A stretch of 64,000 nucleotides of DNA from Octopus vulgaris (lineage: Eukaryota): contig OX597816.1 of the NCBI GenBank assembly GCA_951406725.2, positions 78,616,001 to 78,680,000 of the forward strand. Reading direction: 5' to 3'. Both the position numbers and the translations under genes were made by a program. Shown here piece after piece: positions 1 through 11,309 of this stretch. The stretch's first letter is position 1; the number at the start of each line of letters is the position of its first letter. The notes under the pieces are model-generated. The model ran no database searches. It worked only from the letters and a program-made list of their open reading frames with translations, and had not been told where the DNA came from.

Positions 1-2487
1 TCACCAGTCTAGGGGTCCCGGCAACTCTAGCCGTTACACTTTCAGCACACCCACCCCCACTACTGACTTGGTCACCAAAATAACGGAAGCTATCAACTAC
101 TTCTAGTTTTTCCCCCTGGAAAGTGACGGAAGTTGTTTTCTGCGGATTTTCAGAGGTTAATGCTCCCGAGCATCTGCCACATACAAAAACTATCTTCCCA
201 GTTAGCCTTCCTTTGACATTGCTGCACCTCTTATGTGTCCATAGCTTACACTGGGTACATCTTATAGAGTTTCTACCTACACCTTTTCTACAGATCGAGC
301 AGGGCCATCTTCCTGAAGACATTTGTGGATTGTCTACCTTCCTACTTATTAGTACTTTGGTTTTAGCTAGGTTGACTCTAAGGCCCCTCGATTCTAGACC
401 CTCCTTCCACACCTGGAACTTCTCCAGTTCTGATAGTGACTCAGCAATTAGAGCAAGGTCGTCAGCATATAGGAGCTCCCAGAGGCAACTTGTCTTGAAT
501 TCCTCCGTAATTGCCTGGAGGACTATGATAAATAGGAGGGGTCTGAGTACTGAACCCTGGTGGACCCCAACCTCTACTTTGAATTCTTCTGTGTACATGT
601 TGCCAACCCTAACCTTACTTATGGCATCCCTGTACATGGCTTGCACAGCCCTCACCAGCCATTCATCTATTCCTAGTTTCCTCATTGACCACCAGATAAG
701 GGATCGGGGGACCCTGTCAAAGGCTTTCTCCATGTCAACGAAAGCCAGGTACAGCGGCTTATCTTTGGCTAGGTATTTCTCCTGCAGCTGTCTCACTAGA
801 AATATGGCATCAGTGGTGCTTCTCCCTGGCATGAAACCAAACTGCATCTCGTCCAAGTTGACTCTCTCCCTAATCAGTTGGGCTATGACCCTCTCTGTAA
901 CCTTCATTATCTGATCCAACAGCTTGATACCTCTGTAATTATTTGTATCTAGGGCGTCTCCTTTACCTTTGTAGCAGTTGACTAGTATGCTGCTACACCA
1001 TTCATTGGGTATGACTCCTTCGTGTATCACCTGGTTAACTATATGGGTGACTAGGTTATAGACGACACTGCCAGATATTTTGAGCATCTCTGCAGTAATT
1101 CCTGATGGGCCTGGGGCTTTCTCTGTCTTCATGCTTCTAATTGCTTTAACTAGCAAAGAATTGTCAACTCGGATGGCTGGTCCCTCTGTTGGGTTGACAT
1201 TTGGCAGACTCTATCCCATTCATTTTCTTTATTCAGCAACCTTTCATAGTGGCATTTCCAAACCTCTCTCTTTGCGTCCTCATTTAGCGCAAGTGAACCA
1301 TCATCCATGCGGACACATTTCTTTCCTACCACATCACGATTCTCTCTCACACACTGTCTTGCAACACAAAATACCTCAAGTCTTCCATCCTCACGGCGCA
1401 GAACATTGGCAAATTTTTTCTTATCCGCTTCCCCTCTGGCTAAATAAACCTGTCTCCTAGCTTCCCTTCTGGCTGTCTGATACAATTCCCTGCTACCACC
1501 GTTCTTACAGTCCCTTCAAGCCTGTTTCTTTTGTCTAATAGCCCTGTCAACCACATTGTTCCATCACCACTCTGGGTTGAGATGGGACTTTGCTCCATCC
1601 ACAGATCTGGTCAGTGGCTGTCAGCAGATTGTCTCGTAGAAATCTCCAGTTGTCTTCCACATTAAGTGAAGCTATATCCCCTTCTATTTCGTCAAAGGCT
1701 TCGAGTAGTATGTCTCTAAATCTCTGTCCATTTGCAGGATCTTTAAGCTTCCAGACCCTTCTCCTCCAAGCTGGTCTTCTTCTGGGCAACCATTTAGCTC
1801 TGATCCTGATTTCGCTAACTACTAATCTATGTTGAGGAGTACATTCTTCGCCTGGAAAGGTTTTGGCATTTATAAGCAGCCCTCTTTCCCTCTTTCTAGC
1901 GAGGATGAAGTCAATCTGACTAGTGTGTCTGCCAGAACGGTAGGTGACTAGGTGAGAGGTGGGTTTCCTGAAGTTGGTATTGCAAACCATAAGGTCATTT
2001 GCACCGCAGAACTCCAGCAGCCTGGTTCCCTCCTCATTTCGAGAGCCAAAACCGTAGCCTCCATGAATGCCATGGAAGCCCCCGACATACCATCCAACAT
2101 GTCCATTGAAATCACCTGCCACAAAGAGAAGGTCACTGTCATTTGTCAACGAGGTAGTCCGCAATAGGGTGTCGTAGAATTGGTCTTTCTGTCCTTCCGG
2201 TAGCCCTGGTTGAGGGGCATATGCCGAGATGATGGTAGCTGACCTATGGTGAAGCACTAATCTAATCTTAAGTACTCTATCACTTACTCTGACTACCTTG
2301 ATTACCTTATCTACCCATTTCTCCGCAAGAAGTATACCCACGCCCCCAACCCCGTCAGTGTTCCCTGCCCAGAAAATTTTGTACCTGTGTTCCTTGCCTG
2401 TGAGGAGCCTAGCGGAACCTCCTCTCCACCTTACTTCCTGGATGCAGCATAAATCCACACGTCTCCGTTCAAGCAGCTCAACAATCT
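1..2487 (-). mobile_element. RTE-type LINE (APE endonuclease + RT with inserted PHD finger), 5'-truncated, frameshifted, runs off the window
   Basis: EN ORF 1547-2458 (CIQEVRW, AGDFNGHVG, SQIDFIL, PQHRLV). Frame breaks near 1560 and 1210. RT frame from ~1140 runs off the left edge, with FVDMEKAFDRV, YADD (458-469) and FRYFGD. The 5' end abuts (TAA)n at 2488. Confidence 0.92.
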
Positions 2488-2488
2488 A

Positions 2489-2538
<50 letters not shown>

Positions 2539-2541
<3 letters not shown>

Positions 2542-2780
2542 GCCCTGTTGCAGTACCAGGCAGTGGCTCTTGTGGCTTCTGTTCTTAACTGATTGGAAGT
2601 GTTATCATGTACATTGTTTTCGTCTTTGGATAAAATATGGGCTACAACAAATATTCTGCTCAATACTACAGATTTGCTTGTCAGTTGTTTGACCTTAGCC
2701 AGTTGACCATGTCCCTTAGTGGCTGATGATATGTGCATCTCTGATCACAAGCAGAAGTAGTGGGGGAGCATTATAGCCAT
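2539..2780 (+). repeat. Interspersed repeat copy 1 (probable LINE 3' region)
   Basis: 2613-2780 is nearly identical to 3137-3303. Follows a (TAA)n tract. Confidence 0.65.
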
Positions 2781-3030
2781 AGGGGCATAGAATTACCAAA
2801 CGGAGAAAGAATGGAAGACCCAGATGATGATGGGTACAAGTACCTTGGAATCCTGGAGCTGGAGAATATTTTGCACAGAGAAATGAAAGACAAGATCACC
2901 ACTGCATATTTCAAGTGCCTCAAACTTCTCTTGAAATCGAAACTCAACTCAAAAACCTTGTGAATGCCATCAATATATGGGCTGTTGCTGTCGTCCGCTA
3001 TAGTGTCCCCATCCTGAGAGGGACTTGACA
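2781..3030 (+). mobile_element. Dong/R4-like LINE RT fragment
   Basis: GIELPNGE...GYKYLGILE...LKLLLKSKLN...AINIWAVAVVRYS, typical of the R4/Dong RT C-terminal part. Confidence 0.75.
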
Positions 3031-3102
3031 AACAGTGCAGACCTTCGGTAGACACAATATCCTCAATCAACAACCTCACAATATTGTATACTGTGTGACG
3101 TC

Positions 3103-3136
<34 letters not shown>

Positions 3137-3138
<2 letters not shown>

Positions 3139-3618
3139 TGTTTTGTCTTGGTATAAAAGATGGGCTACAGCAAATATTCTGCTCAATACTACAGATTTGC
3201 TTGTCAGTTGTTTGACCTTAACCAGTTGACCATGTCCCTTAGTGGCTGACAATATGTACATCTCTGATCGCGAGTAGTAGTAGTGGGGGAGCATCATAGC
3301 CATGTGTTGAGAGGAATTCTTTGGGGTTTGGATAATTCACCATTGGAAACATGGGTGTTTCATTCATCATCCTTAAACAACTCATATTCAGGGACCTTTT
3401 GAGTGGGATGGGTTACTCGACTAGAAGAAAATTCTAACTGGGCCCCACCTGCAAGGTCATGTGCTATTTATCTTGATAGGAGATCACCATGTCATGCAGA
3501 TATGGTTGTGATGCATGTGCCTGGTGTACCCTTATCAGACGGGTAGTCATGATGAGTATACTGGGCTTCGTATATTTTACCCCAGTGTCACTGCTCTCTC
3601 ACTCAATAATAATAATAA
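3137..3618 (+). repeat. Interspersed repeat copy 2 ending in a (TAA)n tail
   Basis: Shares ~165 bp with 2613-2780 and ends ...ctctctcactc(aat)n, like a retroposed 3' tail. Confidence 0.65.
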
Positions 3619-3619
3619 T

Positions 3620-4020
3620 GCTGTACTCCCGATGGAGTACAAGGCTATTGACTGAAGAACTTAACACAGTTGCATGAAAGGATCACTGTGCAATTGAATG
3701 ACTGCCTGCTGCAAGGTCATCTCTCTGCCTGGATGACAAGTGGATGGACGCTAATATGCCTCAAGGATCCCTTGAAAAGGAACTTGGCATCAAATTTTCA
3801 ACCTATAATCTGTTTACCATTAATGTGGAAGCTTATGACCGGTGTCTTAGCGGAAAAGTTTTACAACAATCTAGAAAGTAACAATCTTATATCCAGAAGA
3901 ACAGAAAGGATGCAGGAAACAAAGAAGGGCAACAAAAGATCACTTTGTAGTTGATAAAATAATCATTAGAAATTGTAGAAGTTGTTGACGGAACTGAATG
4001 TAGCATGGCTTGATTACTAT
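3620..4020 (+). mobile_element. Dong/R4-like LINE RT fragment
   Basis: LHERITVQLNDCL...NFQPIICLPLMWKLMTG...EQKGCR...VAWLDY, frameshifted. Confidence 0.75.
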
Positions 4021-4097
4021 TGTGGATGGATTCCGACCACCCCTAAGAGACTAAAGGTGAACAGACTCATTGTCATAAAATAAAGAGCAGTGAGTGA

Positions 4098-4535
4098 TTG
4101 GCAGTAATGGGTGCGGTGGTCTACATTTTAAAAGTAACTCTGTTTAAAAATATAAAATGTTACAAGTGTGGTAAGATAGGCAATAAAAACCCACACTGTG
4201 AAACAAAACCTAAAAAACGGTTCAACAGAAAAAATCATGTAAACAGGTTATCGGTGACAAGAAATATGAACGAGCCTAAAAGGAAATTTGTGTATGTAAA
4301 AATTAATAACAGAAGTGTAAAGTTACAACTAAATACAGGCAGCGATACCTTGATAATTAACACAGATACATGGAAAAAAAATCGGGAGACCTAAATTAAA
4401 AGAAACTTTGAAAATTGTCTGTGGTGTGCTAGGACAAAAAATTAAGGGCGAATTGATAAGTGATATTACATTTCGTGAAAAAATCTTAACAGTCAAAATT
4501 TTTGTGTTGAACACTACGACAAATCTATTTGTAAT
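4098..4535 (+). mobile_element. Gypsy-like gag knuckle / protease fragment
   Basis: CYKCGKIGNKNPHC knuckle and VKLQLNTGSD (degenerate DTGS). Paralogous to 22370-22650. Confidence 0.7.
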
Positions 4536-4539
4536 GACT

Positions 4540-5900
4540 GGTTGGACAATGCTGCACATTGTGACAGAATGCCCCAAAATGGTACAGGAAGAATATAAGA
4601 AATGGAGGCACGACCAGGTTGTAAAAATTTTACACTGGAAACTAATGACAGGATCTAGGATGCACCACCCAAAATCTGGCATAAAAAGGCTATATATACA
4701 ATGTATAGAAGGTGATAGAGGCCTTATACAGCTGGAAAACTATTATAAAATAACTACCATAGGACTGCAAAAATACTTACTTCAGAAGCAAGGAAAACTA
4801 ATTCAAATAGCCACAAAACACGAGCAAAACAAAAATTGCTTTCAGTATTTAAGGAAGCTGACAAATAAAAACAAGAAGTCATACTACTAACTAACAAACA
4901 TGAAGAAGAAGAAATAACAAAAGCTATAAAGTGAAATCCAAACTAAAACAAGAACAGCAACGGACCTTGATAAAGCGATGGCAAGAAAAGCCCCTTCATG
5001 GTAAATACTGGGCTAAACTAAACGCAAAAGAAATAGACAGAGAAAATTCCAGGAATGGTTGAGAAACTCAGGATTCAAAGCAGGGACTAAGGGATTTTTT
5101 AATTGCAGCACAAGACCAAAGTCTCCCCACCAGAAATTACCAAAAATATATAGTAAAAAGAAGCATAACTGCAGAATATGTGGAGATGGACAAGAAACAA
5201 AACATCATAGTATCTCTGGTTGCCCAGTCCTGGCTAAGAAGGAATATATTCACAGACACGACAGAGTTGGGACCTACATACACTGGAAGCTATGCCAATG
5301 CTATGGAATAACAACAGAAAAAAGATGGTATAAGCACACGCCAGAAAAGGTCACAGAAAACGAGAAAGCAACCATACTCTGGGATATGCCAATACACACA
5401 GACAGAAAAATTAAGGCCAATAGGCCAGATATAGTTGTCAGAGATCACGAAGAAAAAAATGCTTTCTAATTGTGTATCAATACCAGCAGATGACAACGTT
5501 TCTCTAAAAGAAATGGAGAAACTTTCAAAATACAAAAACCTGGAAATAGAGGTAACCAGAATGTGTAATCTAAAAACAGAAACAATTCCTATCATAGTAG
5601 GTGCATTAGGTATGATAAAGAATATTCAGACAAATACATTACAAAAACACCAGGACTTACAAACACATATAACATACAGAAAATTGCACTACTAGGCACT
5701 GCACACATCCTACATAAAACACTTTTAATAGTGTAACCATAATAGCATCACAGCAAACCACAGCACATACCTAAGGAAAACAGAGCTGATCTCGGTAGTG
5801 AAGTGAAAGCACATTATAAAAATAAGCCTATTGAATAATAATAATAATGATAATAATAATAATAATAATAATAATAATATTAATAATAATAATAATAATG
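4540..5900 (+). mobile_element. Dong/R4-like LINE 3' part (CCHC + restriction-like endonuclease) with (TAA)n tail
   Basis: RLYI...GLI; CRIC...HSISGC...YIHRHD; ILWD...RPDIVV...EKLSKYKNL...IPIIVGALG. Several frameshifts. Confidence 0.85.
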
Positions 5901-5975
5901 ATAATATCCAGGGAGACACGTTGTCTCCACTCCTTTTAATAATAATAATGATAATAATAATAACAATAATAATAA

Positions 5976-6188
5976 TCCTTTCTACTGGAAGCATAAGGTC
6001 TCAAATTTTGGAGAAGAGATTAAGTCGATTACATCGACCCTAGTGCATAACTGGTACTAATTTTATTGACTCCGAAAGAATGAAAGGTAAAGTCAACCTC
6101 GGTGGAATTTGAACTCAGAACATAACGGCAGACGAAATACAGCTAAACATTTCGCCCGGCGTGGTAACGATTATGCCAGCTCGCCACC

Positions 6189-6190
<2 letters not shown>
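5976..6190 (-). mobile_element. tRNA-headed SINE, family 1
   Basis: Minus strand reads ggtggcgagctggca...gagttcaaattcc (A/B-box-like), then a conserved gactttrcctttcatyctttcggrgtcrataaa body. Multiple copies in the window. Confidence 0.75.
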
Positions 6191-6232
<42 letters not shown>

Positions 6233-6248
6233 GATGATGATGATGATA

Positions 6249-6279
<31 letters not shown>

Positions 6280-6290
6280 GGAGGAGGAGG

Positions 6291-6309
<19 letters not shown>

Positions 6310-6321
<12 letters not shown>

Positions 6322-6790
6322 CTGAACACAAACCGCCGAGAGTGGCATAGTCAGAGTCTTGCAAGGCTGGACCTAGTGGTGGTTGACAAGATACATCACA
6401 TGTGCTATATAGTTGAAGTTGTGTGCTCCTTTGACCCACGAATAGTTAAGAAGGAAAACGAAAAAATAGTTAAATATACTCCTTCTTAATTGTGAAATTG
6501 GCTGGTTATGGAAAATGAAGAAGTGGAAGATAATGCCAATTATTGTTGAGTCATTCGGGATAGTATTAGAAGGTATCAAGGATATAAAGGAAATCGGAAT
6601 AGAGGGCCCAGTAGAACTGTAACAAAAGTTTGCCTCTTTTGCACGACCAGGATAGTGAGGAAAGTATTAGATAGTTTAAAAGAAAAGAGAGCATGGTACC
6701 GTAGGCTGCAGGCAGTAAGCCCATTATGCATGCAAGACTCCAGGAGCTCCAACAAAAATTGAGATAAAAAGAAATAATAATAATAATAAC
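6310..6790 (+). mobile_element. Degenerate Dong/R4-like 3' end (RLE) with TAA tail
   Basis: PDLVVVDK...KWKIMPIIVESFG-like residues followed by (TAA)n. Confidence 0.5.
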
Positions 6791-6792
6791 AA

Positions 6793-7006
6793 CCCCTTCT
6801 ATTTACGGCACAAGGCCTGAAATTTGGGGAAGAGGACTGATCGATTATATCGACCCCAATGTTTCACTGGTGCTTAATCTATCAACCTAGAAAGGATGAA
6901 AGACAAAGTTGACTGCAGCTTAATTTGAACTCAAAACGTAAGGATGAACCAAATGCTGCTAAATATTTTGCCTGGCATGGTAACGATTCCGCCAGCTTGC
7001 CGCCTA
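6793..7006 (-). mobile_element. tRNA-headed SINE, family 1
   Basis: Aligns by eye with 5976-6190 and lies between (TAA)n tracts. Confidence 0.72.
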
Positions 7007-7060
<54 letters not shown>

Positions 7061-7475
7061 CTAATCTAATCTGTGCTGCCCAAGAGTAAGCACTAAGAAC
7101 AAACTACATAAAATACAGAGTAGACAACACATCAGAAAGTAATAAGTGTAGAATCTGTGGACAAAATGATGAAACTGTATGGCATATTACCAGCCAATGT
7201 ACGCCACTAACCCAGAAGGAATATAAGAGACGCCACGACAATGTAACCAGGCTTGTCCATTCAACACTTTGCAACAAGTATGAACTTGACAGAGCAAAAA
7301 TTGGTAAGACCACAAACCCGAAGGCATCATCAAAAATGATAATGCAAAAATCCTGTGGGATTTTATGATTCAGTGCAACCATGAGAAAGAAAATAGGAAG
7401 CCAGACATAGTCTTAATTGAGAAAGAAAGCAAACTATGCTGGATCATAGATATAGCATGCCCAGCTGACAACAAA
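7061..7475 (+). mobile_element. Dong/R4-like CCHC/RLE fragment
   Basis: AAQE.ALRTNYIK...CRICGQNDETVWHITSQC...YKRRHD...ILWDF...KPDIVLIEK...IIDIACP. Confidence 0.82.
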
Positions 7476-8549
7476 GGAAAAAAATAAGAGAGAGAGAGAG
7501 AGAGAGAGAAAAGGAAAATGTTCTACCTATTTGAAGACTATGGACATATTTAATTTTTTCTCCAGCTTAATTGTTTTTATTCTCAATTAATATCTGCATT
7601 TGCTTTGCTCTTAGTTGAAAAAGTCGAAAGGACAGAAACAGGTACTACACGTTATAAAATGTATTTCATGATAAAATCATTTTCTACCTTGTCTTATTTT
7701 CCTTATATATAGCCCCTGTCAGATGTGCCTCCACAACAAAACGTGCATGAAAATGTAAACACGTGGGCTGCAATACCTCTAAACAAAGACTGAAACTGTG
7801 AGTAAACGTTTAATCACATATTTACCTATATCTACAAATCTTCTATACATCCACACATTGCTGTTTCTCGATTTCTCGGTTTCTCACTTATACATCAATA
7901 ATGATTATAAAGTTTACATAACTCACACACGAACGCATACATAACAAACACCAAACGCAAGGTATTTAAATGTCTTTAGACAAAGAGGCGATAAATCTCA
8001 TTCCTCTGAACAGGAAAAGAACAACTATGATCAGTGTTCTGTGAAAAATCTATAAATAGAGAACAAAGAATAAAGGAGAAAGTAATAATTATGAATTTTG
8101 TCGGGCATTCACTATATGAACAAAATATCAACACACGCCCAGAAGCGGTGTCTTGTGAAAACATTAACGCTATGAAGATGGACTCATCTCTTAATGTAAC
8201 TATCCAAACAAATAACAAAACCAAAAAAGAGAAAAGGACAGATAACAATGACTACAATGCAACACTCACCCAAAACATACAGGAGTAAACTCATACAGCA
8301 GATACAAGCCCATCAGACAAACACAACCTGCACTGCCATACGACACACAATACAAACACTAATATGACAGAAGACTCAAACCAAATCCTATAATAAAACA
8401 TACTGACGCAATACAATACTCTCCAAACAGGAAAAATAATCCAGTATACAAGTGAGGAAGTGATGCAATATAAAGTTACTTGAAACTACCTGATGGCGAA
8501 TAATAATTCTGGTGATGATGATGGTGACGATCATTACCTTACCTTAGTT

Positions 8550-11060
8550 TATGAGAGACAAGAGTTTGCCCAGAAACTCTGCTAGTAACAATGAAAATGA
8601 GGCTGGACCTTTAAGGGAAAGCCTCATGCTTGGCAGTGGCTCAGTACAGATGCAGACTGACCACAGCTGTTATCCTAAGGCAGAATCAGCAGATAATAAA
8701 GGAGGGGGAAGTGGATTAGTGAAGAAAACGGGATAGTGATGCAGTGCTACTTAGAAAGTGAACCTAAAAGGGGGAGTTGTAGAACACGGATGTTAACACT
8801 ATGGGTAGATGGTAGATAACACTATGTTTAAAGTGACAGAGCAGTGACTAGTAAACCAAACCAATGCTATTAGGAGAAGAAAATGGATGACAGAATTGGG
8901 GGTGGAAGAGGTCACAAGAGAATTGGATAAGAAAGACTAGACAGCAGAAAAGCCAAGCAACAACATAAGAGATACAGTTCAACCTAAAGGAAAATAGTGC
9001 TATTGATAAGAAAAGACAGTGACTTAAGTGAAGAAGATCAGACTGTAGATGAGTTGCAGGAATCAATGAGTAAAGAAGAAATAGATTACCATCATTAAAA
9101 GGCACTAACAGGAGGAAGCTGCTAGATATGATTAGGAAAGTAGATTATGTTATCAATAGGCTAGATACTAAAAATATAGGTGACATTAACTTATTGATCT
9201 ATGCAGGAAAGTTAGAAGTTACTAGAAGATTAAATATTCTTCAAAGAAAGACTAAAAAAGAGCAAATGTTATAAAAGAAATTATGAAATAAAGTGAAGTC
9301 TTTAACATAAGATCCAAGCAGAATGGAAGCTTAGAAACTGAGCAAATTAAAAAGCACAAGATTTAAATCTTCTCATGAGAAAAGATACTTAAAGAAAGAG
9401 GATTTTGGATAATCATGTGAATGTTTGAGAATATTCAGTGTTGTAAATGACATAGTAGCATAAATTATCCATAGCATGAAGAAATGGAAAGTAGATCTCT
9501 ACTCAGATGATACAGCCTTAAGGAAAATGAATATCAAGACAGGGATTTTTCAGAGAGACTCATTATCTTGCTTAATATTTCTGTTATGTTTAATCCCCTC
9601 AGATTAGCATTATGAAAGGTAAAGGTATGGTATCAGGTTAGAGGTAGTAAAGGAAAAATTAACCATTTGTTCTACATGGCTGATCGGAAGCTTTTTAGTA
9701 AGAATAAAAAAAGATATAGGATCTTTAATACAAATTGTAAACCTCTTCAGCAAAGGTATAGGTAAATGTACAATATTAGTCATAAAAACCAGAGAGGTAA
9801 CCAGTAGTGAATGCATCCAATTACCTGAAGGTCAGAAATTAAAATCACTGAAAGGAGATAGTTATAAGTTGCTAGGAGATTTAGAATCTTACAGAGTACT
9901 AATTATAGAAATGAAAGATAAAATTGAGGAGTACATAGGAAAGGTGAGGAACTTAAATGATCTAAATGACTCAAATCTAGTAAAGGCTGTAAATACTTGG
10001 GCAGTATCACTACTGAGATTTTCTGCAGCTTTTGTAGCTTGGACAAAATCTGAATTAGCAAAAGAAATTCAGTATGAATGGGGGACTTCATCCAAATGCA
10101 GAAATAGCAAGATTATATTTACCGAGAAAAGGAAGAGGTATAATATCAATAGAAGACTCTGTGGAGTTAGCTAGAGTAGATATTACCTCCTATGTAGGTA
10201 AGAGTGAAGGAAGTTTATTAGGAACTGCTAGAGAAACAGCAAGAGAGAGGAAAGCCAAAAAGCCAAATGAAGTTAAAAACCATAAAAAAGAAGGAAATTA
10301 TCTGACTGCATGGTAGATTCCCAAATATAGTTGCAGGAAATAGCAGTAGTAAGACATGGTTACAGTTACAGAAAGGAGGGTGGAAAAGGGAGACAGGTAG
10401 TTTGTTAGTAGCAACACAAGATCAAGCATTGAGGACTAACTGAATAAGAGCTAAGATAGACAAAAATCAGGTAGATTCCCAATGTAAGTTATGTAAATCA
10501 AAAGAGGAAAGTGTTACTCATATAGTAAGTGAATGTAGTATGCTGGTACAGAAAGAATACAAGAAAAGACATAACAACTTAAGGAGATGAATCCACTGGA
10601 AGTTATATAGAAAGCTAGGATTTGAATATACTATTAAATGGTATGAACATGAACCTAGTAAAGTACTAGAAAGTAAGAAATATAAAATGTTGTGGGACTT
10701 TAACATTCAAACTGACTGAGTTAAGGAAGGTAGAAGGCCTGATTTAGTAACAGAAGACAAAGAGAATAGAAAGTGCCAGGTAATTGATTTTACAGTCCCA
10801 CATGATGAGAAAGTCAATATGAAATGTATAGGGAAAATAGTAAAGTACCAGGACCTAGCTATTGAGTTACAGAGTCTGTGGAAAATGTGGGTAAAATGTA
10901 TCCCTATAGTTATTGGTGCATTAGGTATTATAAAGATTTTCACAGATAGATAGAGGAAATGGGCAGAAAACCCAGTTTTGTGCAGTTTGAGAAAACAATA
11001 TTATTAGGGATGGCTAGGATACTTAGGAAGGTTCTAAGGTATCTATGGCTACTCGTTGTA
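8550..11060 (+). mobile_element. Long decayed Dong/R4-like LINE
   Basis: Collinear remnants: GIFQ.DSLS, NHLFYMAD, YKLLG, AVNTWAVSLLRFS, LHP...RLYLPRK.GRGII, CKLC...HIVSEC, LWDF, RPDLV, IPIVIGALG. Many stops. Confidence 0.8.
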
Positions 11061-11073
11061 GCCTGATATTCTT

Positions 11074-11309
11074 TCTTTTCTACTCTAGGTACAAGGCCTG
11101 AAATTTTTGTGGAGGGGTCCAGTCAATTAGATCGACCCAGTATGCAACTGGTACTTAATTTATCGACCCTGAAAGGATGAAAGGCAAAGTCGACTTTGTT
11201 TTTTATCTTTCGGGGTTGATAAATTAAGTACCAGTTGTGTTTTGGGGTCGATCTAATTGACTGGCCCCCCCCCCCAAATTTCGGGCCTTGTGTCAAGAGT
11301 AGAAAAGAA
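11074..11309. repeat. Fold-back palindrome built from two inverted family-1 SINE 3' halves
   Basis: Arms of ~115 bp meet with no loop at caaagtc|gactttg (11185-11198). Confidence 0.85.

Noticed and set aside
123-914. 263-aa plus-strand ORF
   Set aside because: Antisense shadow of the LINE RT on the minus strand; no recognisable motif of its own.
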